Shown one piece after another: positions 50,076 through 60,404 of a DNA stretch of 64,000 nucleotides. Numbering within the stretch: position 1 is the first letter of the stretch; every line of letters begins with the position of its first letter. The notes under the pieces are model-generated. The model worked only from the letters and a program-made list of their open reading frames with translations. It did not search any database and was not told the DNA's origin. Made by a program: the position numbers and the translations under genes. Source of the DNA: Puniceicoccaceae bacterium (GTDB lineage: Bacteria; Verrucomicrobiota; Verrucomicrobiia; Opitutales; Oceanipulchritudinaceae); the NCBI GenBank assembly GCA_040830765.1, contig JBFOMH010000004.1:32001-96000 (forward strand). Reading direction: 5' to 3'.

Positions 50076-51269
50076 CTACACCAATGATTGGTCAAAATCC
50101 TGTGATATGAGGGTATCCATCACAATTCGGGCATTTTTTTGCCAGGAAAACTCCTGCCTGTAGGACTCCCAGCCCCATTCAAGTTTCCTAGTTTTGATTT
50201 CTCTAAGTCCCCGTCTTATTTCCTCAACAGAATCCGGTGAGATCCAAATCCCAATGCCAAATTTCTCGATGATCAACTTCAGGAGTATGGATCCACTAGA
50301 ACCAATCACGGGAATCTGAAAGTGGGTTGCCGTGTTTAGGACACCGCTGGCGGAATTGAACCGCTGGCTGTATGTCAGCAACAAGACATCGCTTATCCTG
50401 AAATATTTCCACACTTCACTGTCAGGAATATACTCGTGAAACCAATGACATCTGTCCGCAATTCCAAGCTCATTTGCAATGGCCTTGTAATAGGCAATCG
50501 GTTTTTGTGATGAGGATTGCTCGCGTCCGGCAACAATCAAGTGATATTGCGGGAAATCCCTTAAGGCATTAAGGACCAGATCGAGATTCTTATCATCTCG
50601 AATGTGCCCGAAACACAATAGGTACTTTGCCTGAGGATCCAAGTTCCATTCGCCAAGGATTACTTCCCGATTAACATCTCCTGATGGATATTCATAGATT
50701 CCATGAGGAACAACGCAGTAGTTTAAATTCACCTTAGAGGAAGATGGAAAATGCTTCACGGGATCGTGGACAAAGGCGACATCAACTAAGTTAAACGCTA
50801 GGCGGAGACACCAGTTATGAAAGATAACCGGACCAATAACAAAGTCCCGGATGGGATCATGAAGCATTATCCCGATTTTTAGCCCTCGCTTTTTCAGCTG
50901 TTTGAATGGTTCATACCAAAATGGAGACCAATATTCCTCGAAGCTTCCAATCAGGAGGCGTCTTGCTCCCCTACCCTCAAGTTGACTTGCCAACCAACGC
51001 CATCGCCTGACACTTCGTATGGCTCTAGAATACCGGGACCCAGCAAAAGACTTGGAATCCACTCTTTGGATGAGACTGTCTGGAAATGGACAATAGTCCT
51101 CACCTAAACGTCTACGCAGGTTAGAGTTTTCCTTCAATTGTCCAAGGACCTTAACGCAGCATCCAGCATCAAGTAACGCTGCTATCTGGCGTTCGGAGTA
51201 CTCCGCCAATCCTCCCTGTGGAGTACTGGTATAATAATATATTATTGTCGATTCCGAAGACTGGTTCAT
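50076..51269 (-). CDS. Glycosyltransferase family 4
   Basis: VVPHG, FGHIRDDKNLD, YIPDSEV, SASGVL. Confidence 0.85.
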   Translation of the reverse strand: MNQSSESTIIYYYTSTPQGGLAEYSERQIAALLDAGCCVKVLGQLKENSNLRRRLGEDYCPFPDSLIQRVDSKSFAGSRYSRAIRSVRRWRWLASQLEGRGARRLLIGSFEEYWSPFWYEPFKQLKKRGLKIGIMLHDPIRDFVIGPVIFHNWCLRLAFNLVDVAFVHDPVKHFPSSSKVNLNYCVVPHGIYEYPSGDVNREVILGEWNLDPQAKYLLCFGHIRDDKNLDLVLNALRDFPQYHLIVAGREQSSSQKPIAYYKAIANELGIADRCHWFHEYIPDSEVWKYFRISDVLLLTYSQRFNSASGVLNTATHFQIPVIGSSGSILLKLIIEKFGIGIWISPDSVEEIRRGLREIKTRKLEWGWESYRQEFSWQKNARIVMDTLISQDFDQSLV

Positions 51270-51808
51270 ATTAGAAAGGGTCGGTAATCCAGCTCATAGT
51301 GAAGATCATTGGGCCTCTGGCCGATACATCGAGCAGGATTCCCAGCCATGATATTGTACGGTTCAACATCCTTGCTTACAACGGTCCCTGCGGCAACAAT
51401 CGCGCCTTCCCCAATCGTTGTTCCCGGAAGGACAATTGACCCGTAGGCTAACCAGGCATGGTCTTTGATTACCACAGCTCCCCCTTTGTCAGAAAAGTCT
51501 GCCGATGCGGGATCGTGTCCTAAGGTCAATACTGTGGCCTTGGGTCCTATCGATACATTGCTTCCAATTGTAATTTCATGGCGACGGCCATCCAGCAGAG
51601 TTCCGAAATTGACCACAACCCGGTTTCCTAAGTGGACATTCCTGCCATGTAGAAAGCGGCAATGCATCTGCACGTTTGTATTATTGCCCAAAGATCCCAA
51701 ATACCAGCCAAGGAAAATACGCCGAAGCGTACGCGAGGGAATATGCCCGAGGACCTCGTTGTAGCACCAGGCGCTAATTGAACCTCCGATTAGGTTAAGG
51801 CTTCTCAT
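51266..51808 (-). CDS. Hexapeptide-repeat acyltransferase (WcaF-like)
   Basis: Left-handed beta-helix repeats, TLGHD, IGEGAIVAAG, AGNPAR; ATGA overlap with upstream gene. Confidence 0.88.
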   Translation of the reverse strand: MRSLNLIGGSISAWCYNEVLGHIPSRTLRRIFLGWYLGSLGNNTNVQMHCRFLHGRNVHLGNRVVVNFGTLLDGRRHEITIGSNVSIGPKATVLTLGHDPASADFSDKGGAVVIKDHAWLAYGSIVLPGTTIGEGAIVAAGTVVSKDVEPYNIMAGNPARCIGQRPNDLHYELDYRPFLI

Positions 51809-52764
51809 GCTATCACGCCTTCCCTGGAAAGGGATTTGAATTTTCCTTTCCAAAGGGTCACCATGGAAACAGCCAGACTTCCTAGAACGAATTTGAAGTG
51901 ACCCAAAAATATTTCTGTGCGCAGGATCCCCAACCAGTATCTCAGGAAAATCCCTCTACTTCCCGTTCGAGCCAAGTCCACCAAAACAGGCCTCAGGTAA
52001 CGGCTGGCAACATAGCTTTGTTGACGCGCTGAGCGAGAAGTGCTTGCGTAAAACCCGCTTCGAGCCCTGTTGTAGACCGTCATACAATCATCGAGTTGTC
52101 CTTTCCTTAACTTCGAAACGGAATCTTCTCTCTGGCGATAACCAAGAAGAACAGGGCGTTCGATCAAGACCATCGGGCCAACCTCCGATAATTTAAGATA
52201 AATGTCTCCATCCTCGAGATTACCCAAATGCTCATCATAACCGCCGCATTGTGTAAATACATCCCGCCGAATGGCATGTGTTCCAGTATGAATTTCCATA
52301 TATTTCCTGTAAGTACTGAGGAAGTTGGAATAAACAAAAGTGACAGGATGCTCTGCCGCATGCAGGGTTAACCGAGTTGGATTATCCAACTCGATATCCG
52401 CGGTAAATGGGATGCTTTTTCCAATGACCCATGGTGGGTTTTCGTTTGATTCAATGCATTTGGCGAAGTTGCTCAACACCCATGGGAACCAAATGTCGTC
52501 CGCGTCCAGAAAGCACAAGTAATCTCCCCTGGCGATTGAAGCACCATGATTTCTGGCTGCCCCTACCCCCTTTCCAGGGTTCGTGAGTATTTGTTTCGGA
52601 TGCCCTGAAAGTCTAACCAGTTCAAGTGTGTCATCAGTTGAATGGTCATCAACGATAATCACTTCAAAGGATTTGTAATCCTGGCTGTGAATGGATTCCA
52701 ACGTCCGCCGAACAAAGGCTCCGGCGTTAAAAGTGGGAATCACTACACTGAATTGGATTCCCAT
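51805..52764 (-). CDS. Glycosyltransferase family 2
   Basis: SVVIPTFN, VDDHSTD, ARNHGA, FLDADD, ED motif. Confidence 0.92.
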   Translation of the reverse strand: MGIQFSVVIPTFNAGAFVRRTLESIHSQDYKSFEVIIVDDHSTDDTLELVRLSGHPKQILTNPGKGVGAARNHGASIARGDYLCFLDADDIWFPWVLSNFAKCIESNENPPWVIGKSIPFTADIELDNPTRLTLHAAEHPVTFVYSNFLSTYRKYMEIHTGTHAIRRDVFTQCGGYDEHLGNLEDGDIYLKLSEVGPMVLIERPVLLGYRQREDSVSKLRKGQLDDCMTVYNRARSGFYASTSRSARQQSYVASRYLRPVLVDLARTGSRGIFLRYWLGILRTEIFLGHFKFVLGSLAVSMVTLWKGKFKSLSREGVIA

Positions 52765-53685
52765 TTATAAACACTTATTCTCAGCTTTAAGCACATCTTG
52801 AGCCTCGCTCAAAGGCATAGGTCCATGCCTCTTCAGACGATTATATAGCTTGTAGGAACAATTCGATACTGGTTTCCGCTCATTTTTTAAGGTGCCGGCA
52901 AGCGAGCTGAATCCCAGATAATAACCATGTAGGGTCCGCAAAAGACGACCATTCCTTGCCCCAAACACTAGACCCTTGTACATGGTGCCAAGCAAGTTTA
53001 GGAGAACTTGGTGCCCTGGCGCATTGTAGGCATGGAAAAGGATGTCGTTGCGCCTTCCAAAGATGTCCGCAAACCGGGTATTTCTGGCTGCCGACTGCAT
53101 GTGCTGGACAATATCTGTCTTGACCATTCCGGTGAAAATTCCGTTGTCCAAAAAGCGAAGGGTCAAATCATCCTCCTCATTCATAAACCGAATGATCGTC
53201 CGGAAAGGACCGTATTTTTCAAAGCATGAACGGCGCAGGGCATAGGCAGCAGCGACAAAAGAAAACGTCACCCAGTTTTCCTTGTCGTCCGGTGCCATGC
53301 AATGAACCTCCGGGGATTGCAGCACATTGGCAAATGGCAAGGCTAGTGCACCGATACTTTCATTTTTCAGGGAATCAAAGACGGACAGCACGGTCTCATC
53401 ACTTTGAACAATTGTGTCGTCATCCAAGCCGATGACAATATCATTCCTGGCAGCCTGAATACCAAGGTTTCGGATGGCTGCAGGACCTATGTTCTTTTCC
53501 GGGCAAATGTGGCGGACACCCGGGTATGCCTCCCTGAGCAGTTCACCAGTTCCATCACTGGAAGCATCATCTGCGACAATTACTTCGTCCGGTTCCCACT
53601 TTTCCATGACGGCATCCAAGGCATGGGCGAGCATGTCCTTCCGGTTGCAGGTGGAGAAAATGACGGTGTAAGGAGTTTTTTTCAT
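52765..53685 (-). CDS. Glycosyltransferase family 2
   Basis: STCNR, ADDASSD, RNLGI, GLDDD, EEDDL. Confidence 0.9.
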   Translation of the reverse strand: MKKTPYTVIFSTCNRKDMLAHALDAVMEKWEPDEVIVADDASSDGTGELLREAYPGVRHICPEKNIGPAAIRNLGIQAARNDIVIGLDDDTIVQSDETVLSVFDSLKNESIGALALPFANVLQSPEVHCMAPDDKENWVTFSFVAAAYALRRSCFEKYGPFRTIIRFMNEEDDLTLRFLDNGIFTGMVKTDIVQHMQSAARNTRFADIFGRRNDILFHAYNAPGHQVLLNLLGTMYKGLVFGARNGRLLRTLHGYYLGFSSLAGTLKNERKPVSNCSYKLYNRLKRHGPMPLSEAQDVLKAENKCL

Positions 53686-54632
53686 TCAGGTATTCCCTTA
53701 ACCCTCTTGACTATACTTGCACTGTAGAGACCAAATAGAAGGGCATCCTTGGCACTTTTTTGGTAGGATTTGAACAATCTTTTATTCAATTGAGGCTTCC
53801 TCATATCCCGGATTTCTCTTGCTTGACTTGTTCCGTACAAAGCGGTTTTGCGGAAGTATCGATGCCAAAGTGTTCCCATTGGGTGAAAGAAACGGGAGGC
53901 CGGGTCCCACGGCTTGGGATAATCGACAAAATGTAAATGGCAACCTTTCCCTCGGGTTGGAGCCTTCAAACATGGCCACCATCTGCGCCCATTGGTGTGC
54001 ACGTTGTATTGTTCCGGAAGCGGTTTGATTCGGTTTCTTAAGATGTAATTCATGGCTGACTGGTCATGAAATTGTGGTTGGTGCTCCGAGACGAAAGTAA
54101 GGCATTTTTCAGTAAGGCCTTCCTCTTTCCACTTTATAGCATCCACAAGCAGGACACCGGCATTGAAATATGGGTGATCTTCGGGGACTTCATTGAGCAA
54201 ATTACGGACCGTCGAGTCGATGCAGTTCCCAACTAGAGCCTCGGGAACCATTCCGACTGGGCAATCGCCTAGGTCTTCCTCAAAAAGAGGGGCCAAGTTT
54301 GTCCGGCAGAGCATGTCTACATCGAGATAGAGAAACCTCTCCAAATCCAGCAAATGGGGTACCAGTAGCCGATAGTACGTCGCCAGACTTTCGTTCAGGG
54401 AAGGAAAAGTATTAAAGCGTTCAGAATCTATCCTGTATAGTTGTACCTCAAAGCCCTTGTTCAGTGGGCAGAGCGTCTCTTGGAGCATTTCCAAGTCCTC
54501 TTCTGTCAAGTCATCGCTGAAGATATGGAACTGGACGTCATCAGCGCTTGCACATGAATTCTCCAACAATGAGTAAGCGACAACGTGCAGTCCATCCAGC
54601 ATTCTACGATCAAGACAGAATACAATGTCCAT
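53682..54632 (-). CDS. Glycosyltransferase family 8
   Basis: TYYRL, LYLDVD, YFNAGVLL, DQSAMN, HFVDYPKPW. Confidence 0.92.
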   Translation of the reverse strand: MDIVFCLDRRMLDGLHVVAYSLLENSCASADDVQFHIFSDDLTEEDLEMLQETLCPLNKGFEVQLYRIDSERFNTFPSLNESLATYYRLLVPHLLDLERFLYLDVDMLCRTNLAPLFEEDLGDCPVGMVPEALVGNCIDSTVRNLLNEVPEDHPYFNAGVLLVDAIKWKEEGLTEKCLTFVSEHQPQFHDQSAMNYILRNRIKPLPEQYNVHTNGRRWWPCLKAPTRGKGCHLHFVDYPKPWDPASRFFHPMGTLWHRYFRKTALYGTSQAREIRDMRKPQLNKRLFKSYQKSAKDALLFGLYSASIVKRVKGIPE

Positions 54633-54669
54633 AAAGAGCCTCTTTTCCTCGATTCTACCGCCCCACGGA

Positions 54670-55794
54670 TTATTTGGCGGCTTCGGTCAGTACAGTTGTA
54701 ATCTCTCCTGCCCAGTTGGGGTTCAGTAATCCCTTTATCTGCCGATGTGCATTGAGGCCAAAAGCCTTCCAGTCGGCCCGATGTGACCAGGCCCGCTCAA
54801 GCGCTTCACGGAGCACCTCCGGATGCATTCCGGGGCAGACAAAACCCGACTTGCCGTCCTCAACAATTTCCGGACTGCCACCGGCCCGGGTTACGAGAGC
54901 CGGACGCCCGCATGCCATTGACTCAATGATGGACAATGGCATACCTTCGCGACGGGAAGGAAGAATATGCAAATGATGATTCCTCCATATGTCCCGGAAG
55001 TCGGAGACGTAGCCGCCCAATTGTGCCTTTCCTGTAAGCCCGTAGTGACGAATTAATGCTTCTATGTGGGCCTTGTCGTCACCCGAACCATAGAAAGTAA
55101 GATTCCAGGGCCGGTCTTTCCACGCTTCCCCTGACAAGGCCTCCAGCAGGTGATCCTGCTGTTTGTCGGCCACCTCCAGCCTCCCCACCTCTGCAAAATG
55201 GAAGACCTCTTCAGGCGGCCAATCAAGGGGGTTATCAACCGGATCCCGGAGGGGATTCATGATGATTCTGGCATTTGGAAACTTCCAGGCCATCTGGCGT
55301 TCAGCCAGTCCGTAATTGTGCCGGGAGAGGAATATGACCGTTTTAAATCCGCTATAATACTTCCTGAGTGCCTGACGCTCCCATTCCAAGGTAACCAGTC
55401 CCTCAGCATTAGCCTGCACAAAGGCCACTTTGGGGATGTTCGTCTCTTCCAGGGAACGGAGTAAATCAGGAATCCAAATTGTATCAGCAATCCCCCCTTG
55501 GGAAACGAAAACCACATCCAATGGTTGATTGAGAAAGCGCTTGAAGCGGGATTGGAGTCCTTTACCGGCCAACCGTCTGGTCAGTCCGGTTAAGTCCTTC
55601 CTGGTCATGAATTCTGCTTTCTTTGCCCGCAGCGCCTCCGCCTGGTGAGATCCGGCAATACGTTCCGAGCAGCAGATCGATACTGCGTGACCGGAATCCA
55701 GGGCATGGTCGGCCAGTATCCGCCAGGTTTCCTCACTCCCGGCCCAGTCGCAGTGGTTGCCCAACGTTGAAATAATACCAATCTTCATTGTCAT
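54670..55794 (-). CDS. Glycosyltransferase family 4
   Basis: VGRL...KQQD, LPSRREGMPLSIIESMACGRP. Confidence 0.92.
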   Translation of the reverse strand: MTMKIGIISTLGNHCDWAGSEETWRILADHALDSGHAVSICCSERIAGSHQAEALRAKKAEFMTRKDLTGLTRRLAGKGLQSRFKRFLNQPLDVVFVSQGGIADTIWIPDLLRSLEETNIPKVAFVQANAEGLVTLEWERQALRKYYSGFKTVIFLSRHNYGLAERQMAWKFPNARIIMNPLRDPVDNPLDWPPEEVFHFAEVGRLEVADKQQDHLLEALSGEAWKDRPWNLTFYGSGDDKAHIEALIRHYGLTGKAQLGGYVSDFRDIWRNHHLHILPSRREGMPLSIIESMACGRPALVTRAGGSPEIVEDGKSGFVCPGMHPEVLREALERAWSHRADWKAFGLNAHRQIKGLLNPNWAGEITTVLTEAAK

Positions 55795-56813
55795 TCAAAT
55801 TCGTTCACTGGAGCCAGACCCGCCCCAATTGCCAAGGTTTGCTCATTCTTACCATGCGGACGTGGTTTCAAGGCTTTCTCAAGTGGTAGGAGGGGATCCA
55901 TTCTTAACACCTTCCGTTTCACCCTATCCTTCAAATCGAGTATATTATGATAATAATCGGGATATAGTTCCAGCATTCCATTGACCGGGTTTGATGGCGA
56001 AGGCACCGGCCAATCGTTCTGGTTGCAATAACGGACATGCCGCCAAAGCCTGCGGCTGAGGGCCCTCCGCGTATCCGTGTGTAAGTCATTTAGTTGTCCA
56101 TTGAGCGATTCACCCAGTAACTCTAGGAAGCGTGTCTGATCCCTTGCTTGTTTTTCGCGGGCCCTCCCGCCTGTTGTCAACTGATCGGGGGCATTGGTCC
56201 TGTAAAATACAAGGCTCTCAGGTGTGTAAACCGAGCGCGCCCCAGCGCGCAAAATGCGAATGAAGTATTCAGTGTCTTCACTATTCCAGATTTCCGTGAT
56301 GAAGCGGCCCGCCCTTTCGAGGGCACTTTTTCGAATCAGGCAGGTCTGCAAGATAATACACCAGTTCCCCAATGCCCATTCCCACAATGGTTTCCAACGG
56401 GGTGCAGGTTCCGCCTGCAATACGGGGCCGGCAAAACGGATGGTCCGATCCTTGAACTCAGTCCGGACCCACGGGCCATAAGCCAAGTCCGCACCGGTTG
56501 TTTCCAGGGCAGCCGCTTGTACCTCAAGTTTGTTCATGCTGGAAAGGTCATCGCTGTCCATAAACTGGACATAGTCACCCGTTGCGGCTTCCAAGCCAAG
56601 ATTGCGGGCTGCGCCAGGGCCTTCATTCGCTGCTTCAATTAATTGTACCTTATTTCCATAGGAGCGGATAACGCTCAAGGAAGCATCAGTCGATCCGCTG
56701 TCCACGACAATCACCTCATCCGGAGGACGGCTTTGGTGGAGCATGTTCTCAACGGTCAATCCGAGGCAGTGGGCCCGGTTATAGTTGGGAATGATGACAC
56801 TGATTGTTGGCAC
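55791..56813 (-). CDS. Glycosyltransferase family 2
   Basis: ISVIIPNYN, VDSGSTD, ARNLGL, FMDSDD, SED; start GTG 56813 or TTG 56819. Confidence 0.9.
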   Translation of the reverse strand: MPTISVIIPNYNRAHCLGLTVENMLHQSRPPDEVIVVDSGSTDASLSVIRSYGNKVQLIEAANEGPGAARNLGLEAATGDYVQFMDSDDLSSMNKLEVQAAALETTGADLAYGPWVRTEFKDRTIRFAGPVLQAEPAPRWKPLWEWALGNWCIILQTCLIRKSALERAGRFITEIWNSEDTEYFIRILRAGARSVYTPESLVFYRTNAPDQLTTGGRAREKQARDQTRFLELLGESLNGQLNDLHTDTRRALSRRLWRHVRYCNQNDWPVPSPSNPVNGMLELYPDYYHNILDLKDRVKRKVLRMDPLLPLEKALKPRPHGKNEQTLAIGAGLAPVNEFE

Positions 56814-56823
56814 GGGCAAATTA

Positions 56824-57429
56824 TTAACCTTTACTGAGAGGCTTTGCCGGGACGCCTCCCCATCTCTCACCGGCCGGGATGCTCCGGTTGACAACGGCTC
56901 CGGCTCCTATGACGGCGTTATCTCCTATCTCGACTCCAGGAAGGACAACAACATGGCTGCCCAGCCAAACGTTTCTCCCAATGACAATATCCCCTCCCCG
57001 GTAGCCCTGCTCAGCATACGGTACATCCTCCTTATCAATCCGGTGATTAACTGTGATGAGGTAACAATGGGCACCGATCATGCTGTAGTCCCCCACTACT
57101 AGATTATGGCAGGAACCAAGGAAAGAATACGGACCCACATAAGACTTGTATCCTAAACTGATTCTCCCGATGGACCCTTGAGACTCCCCAAGCCAAATGA
57201 TGACCTCCTTATCCATTTGTGCCCTTTCGGCCAGGAGCAGTCTCTCCGGAAATGCCTTTCCGCACCGGATTCTCACAGATGGTTCAATTAACCGTCCCCC
57301 GCGACGCATACGCCAAAGCCAGCGCCACTTCCGGTAGCCCCCGACAACATCCGGATGTGGTGATGCCAAACAAGACAGTGGTGCAAATCCCCTGTATTTC
57401 GCATGAAGGTATCGACTCAATCGGCTCAT
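56824..57429 (-). CDS. Hexapeptide-repeat acyltransferase
   Basis: IVIGRNVWLG..VVVLPGVEIGDNAVIGAGAVV, GGVPAK. Confidence 0.9.
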   Translation of the reverse strand: MSRLSRYLHAKYRGFAPLSCLASPHPDVVGGYRKWRWLWRMRRGGRLIEPSVRIRCGKAFPERLLLAERAQMDKEVIIWLGESQGSIGRISLGYKSYVGPYSFLGSCHNLVVGDYSMIGAHCYLITVNHRIDKEDVPYAEQGYRGGDIVIGRNVWLGSHVVVLPGVEIGDNAVIGAGAVVNRSIPAGERWGGVPAKPLSKG

Positions 57430-58625
57430 CCGTTTTGTTTGACTGGCCAGGTTTCCACAAGCTCACTTATCTTCCGTACCAATCCGGCATGGATTTTGTC
57501 GGGATGAAAGCGATCGTTGTACATGCCCATGGCATTGGCTATTAATCTTTTACGCCTGTCCGGTTGCTCCGCCAAGCCCTTAATCGCCAATGAACAAGCT
57601 GTGGGATCGGGATTCGTGACACACTCAGCCGAGTCAAATTCCCGGGCAACCCTTACGGCACTGCAGTATTCCGGGCCCCATACAAGGATGGGGCGGCGAA
57701 AGGAAAGGTAATCGAGGAACTTGGTCTTGAAACTTGTCCGCTCGACAATTTCCACCGAGGGATCAAATCCCATCGGAAGGAGTAACAGGTCGGCCTTTCC
57801 TGCTTCTTCAGAGAGGCGATCAAAACTGACCTGGCCCCCGTAGACCCCGTTGTCTTTTGCCCAATTATCGAAATCAGAGCTCCAGGATGCCATGGAGCCG
57901 AAAATTCGGAACTCCACCTGTGGGTGATGCTCCCGGCATTTAACCACAACATCCTCGACCATTTTACCGTACCACTCACCAAGGCTGCCTCCAAAGAAAA
58001 CCCGAAACGGCCGTTCCTTCTCCGGCATGCGTGGTTCGTAGTTATCAGGTGCCTCCGGCATTGGCGCACCTGTCGGATACCAAATGTGGGCATTCGGATG
58101 CTCCCCCAATGCTTCCCGCATTCCCTCAGATGTACACAGGGCTAGATCGCATTCCCGGTAAAAACGCCGAAATCGTCTTTCAATCGCTTTATGAAAGAAT
58201 TTATGCGGAGGAAACCAACCGAAATCATACCAGTCGTTGAAGCTCGCTACCAAAGGTACTCGTAACGATTGTGAAAGTTTTTGGGCAACTAATGCCGTCC
58301 ATGACCAACTACCAGCAACAGTAAATATTATTTGTGCTTGAAAGTTAGAGGCGGCCTGAACGAGATCACCACAAATCATGCCATTCCGCCAGAGGTACTC
58401 GAATCCTCCGACCCAAGGAAGTAACCTAGTTCGATGAACTCTCTGAAGCCATTCTGGGTCTTTAAACTGCTCCAGTTGATAACCCATTTGGAAATTCTCC
58501 ATTTCTGGAAAATTAGTTGCTACCAAAATTTCAAACTCCGTGGCTTCGACAAAGTGTCGATAAAAGGTCATGGCCCCACCCCACGTTGGTAACGGGGGGC
58601 AATAACTCAAAAATAATACCCTCAT
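57426..58625 (-). CDS. Glycosyltransferase (GT4-like, GT-B fold)
   Basis: RVLFLSYCPP..WGG, FGGSL, ADLLLLP, KTKFLDYLSFRRPIL. Confidence 0.8.
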   Translation of the reverse strand: MRVLFLSYCPPLPTWGGAMTFYRHFVEATEFEILVATNFPEMENFQMGYQLEQFKDPEWLQRVHRTRLLPWVGGFEYLWRNGMICGDLVQAASNFQAQIIFTVAGSWSWTALVAQKLSQSLRVPLVASFNDWYDFGWFPPHKFFHKAIERRFRRFYRECDLALCTSEGMREALGEHPNAHIWYPTGAPMPEAPDNYEPRMPEKERPFRVFFGGSLGEWYGKMVEDVVVKCREHHPQVEFRIFGSMASWSSDFDNWAKDNGVYGGQVSFDRLSEEAGKADLLLLPMGFDPSVEIVERTSFKTKFLDYLSFRRPILVWGPEYCSAVRVAREFDSAECVTNPDPTACSLAIKGLAEQPDRRKRLIANAMGMYNDRFHPDKIHAGLVRKISELVETWPVKQNG

Positions 58626-59521
58626 GTGTGGTATGGTCTATGTCTAAATAGTTGTCTTACCCTTGTAATAAAATTTGAATTTCTCAGCCAAAGCACAAAA
58701 TAAACAACATATCTTTTCAGAGTAGTTTTCCATCTAGCAACATGGAACTCGGGTATGCTGAATCCCTCTTTAACCAAAATGTTAAATTGCTCTTCCCAGC
58801 CTTCGATTTTATTACTATTTGAAATAGCATTAAGTTCACTGACCCATGATAAAAATTGGGGGTCTTTCACTGCACTCTTCCATCTTGAATTTAATTGTTC
58901 TAATGAAGGGGCCTGTTTATCGCCCGGCCGAAAGCTGCTCCCGCCTCCATAACGGACATCAACACAATTCAACTTCACCGGGACATAGTTTAAATTGGTT
59001 TGGTCGCAGATTAGAGATTTTTCAGATTCACTTGAAATAAACTTTTCAAATTCAACAACTATTAGTTCAGTTCCAAATTTCTTTTTCCAGAATTTCCTAG
59101 ATTCACTGTAACAAATATACTGCCAGTAAAGCTCGGGAATAGACATCCCTGAAAAAAACAGTGGTTTAGTCATATTCGATTTTACCCTTGAGGCGAAAAC
59201 ATTCATTGCGCTTCGATGTACTAGAAAATCGACCACATTAATAGTTTCACTTTTAGAGTAATAACGAATCCACTTTTGAGGGCCAACTAGATCTAAATTC
59301 CGATCTTCAAATGAAAGTACAATATACTTATTGAGCTTACTTTTTCCAAACTCTTTATCAGGAGGATTGAGCTCAGGGTCATTAGGATAGACATTATTGA
59401 AGAATCTAACATGCCCATCTATTTGAGATAAGAGCCAGTTGATAAAGACATGGTTTCCTGAACGGCGTAATCCAAACACCCGGAATATTGTTATTGTTTC
59501 CACAGTGTTAGATAATCTCAA
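58622..59521 (-). CDS. Sulfotransferase-like hypothetical protein
   Basis: FGLRRSGNH resembles a 5'-PSB loop; HRSAMNVFASR resembles a 3'-PB; next to two clear sulfotransferases. Confidence 0.5.
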   Translation of the reverse strand: MRLSNTVETITIFRVFGLRRSGNHVFINWLLSQIDGHVRFFNNVYPNDPELNPPDKEFGKSKLNKYIVLSFEDRNLDLVGPQKWIRYYSKSETINVVDFLVHRSAMNVFASRVKSNMTKPLFFSGMSIPELYWQYICYSESRKFWKKKFGTELIVVEFEKFISSESEKSLICDQTNLNYVPVKLNCVDVRYGGGSSFRPGDKQAPSLEQLNSRWKSAVKDPQFLSWVSELNAISNSNKIEGWEEQFNILVKEGFSIPEFHVARWKTTLKRYVVYFVLWLRNSNFITRVRQLFRHRPYHT

Positions 59522-59554
59522 TAAACTGGATTAATGACTCAATGCCTAAACTGT

Positions 59555-60403
59555 TCACTCGAAGTAGCTTAACCTGCTCGATGGAAAAATTTTCTGGGAT
59601 AATCGTTTTCTTAGTTTATAGGTCAGCCGATTAGATAACTCTATTAGATTACTACACCTGTAGTCAAATTGTTCAATCAGGTATGGATATTCAGAGATCC
59701 ATGGCGAATCATCGAAACGAACATTAAAGGACTCTCTAGCAAGTTGATACAATTCCTTATCTTTTTCCATAGATGAGAGTATTTTTTGATTCAACTTTTG
59801 GTTATCAGTATGCCTTAAATTCCTCCTTGTTGTGTTCATTTTTACAAAGGAGCAATCCTTGAAGTATTCAGGATATTGTTTTTCTAGGAGAATACATGCA
59901 TCCTTAAATCTTTCCAATGGAATGAGCATCAGCAGGTTCTGTTCAATCAATCTTTTCAGAAATCCAAAATCAAACTCACCTTCTCGACCAAACAAATGGT
60001 AACATTGACCATTTTTTAGGTCTTGCTTTGGATTTCTGAAAAGAACCTCTTCAGTATATTGCTCTAAGTCTAGTTGCTTCGCTTCCAGATCGAAGCATGT
60101 TTCGCTTTGTTTACGACAATAGTAATAATGTGACAAAAACCGTTCAACTGGATTTCTAACAAATGCAATGACCTTTAAATTTTGACTATCCCAAGGTAAT
60201 CTAAGGCTCAGTTTGTGATCAGATAGACACTGGCAGTTTGGAAATTGTGACAGAATCTCGCTAACTTGACTTGCTGAATACTTGAATGTGCGATCGCTCA
60301 ACACTGACCGACCATCTAGGAACGATTCTTTAAAATTTGCCCTCAAAATCGACGTAAATGTCGTACCCGCGCACTTTGGAATATGAATATTTATAAACTT
60401 CAT
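59555..60403 (-). CDS. Sulfotransferase family 2 protein
   Basis: IHIPKCAGTT (5'-PSB), FVRNPVERFLSHY (3'-PB). Confidence 0.85.
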   Translation of the reverse strand: MKFINIHIPKCAGTTFTSILRANFKESFLDGRSVLSDRTFKYSASQVSEILSQFPNCQCLSDHKLSLRLPWDSQNLKVIAFVRNPVERFLSHYYYCRKQSETCFDLEAKQLDLEQYTEEVLFRNPKQDLKNGQCYHLFGREGEFDFGFLKRLIEQNLLMLIPLERFKDACILLEKQYPEYFKDCSFVKMNTTRRNLRHTDNQKLNQKILSSMEKDKELYQLARESFNVRFDDSPWISEYPYLIEQFDYRCSNLIELSNRLTYKLRKRLSQKIFPSSRLSYFE

Positions 60404-60404
60404 T

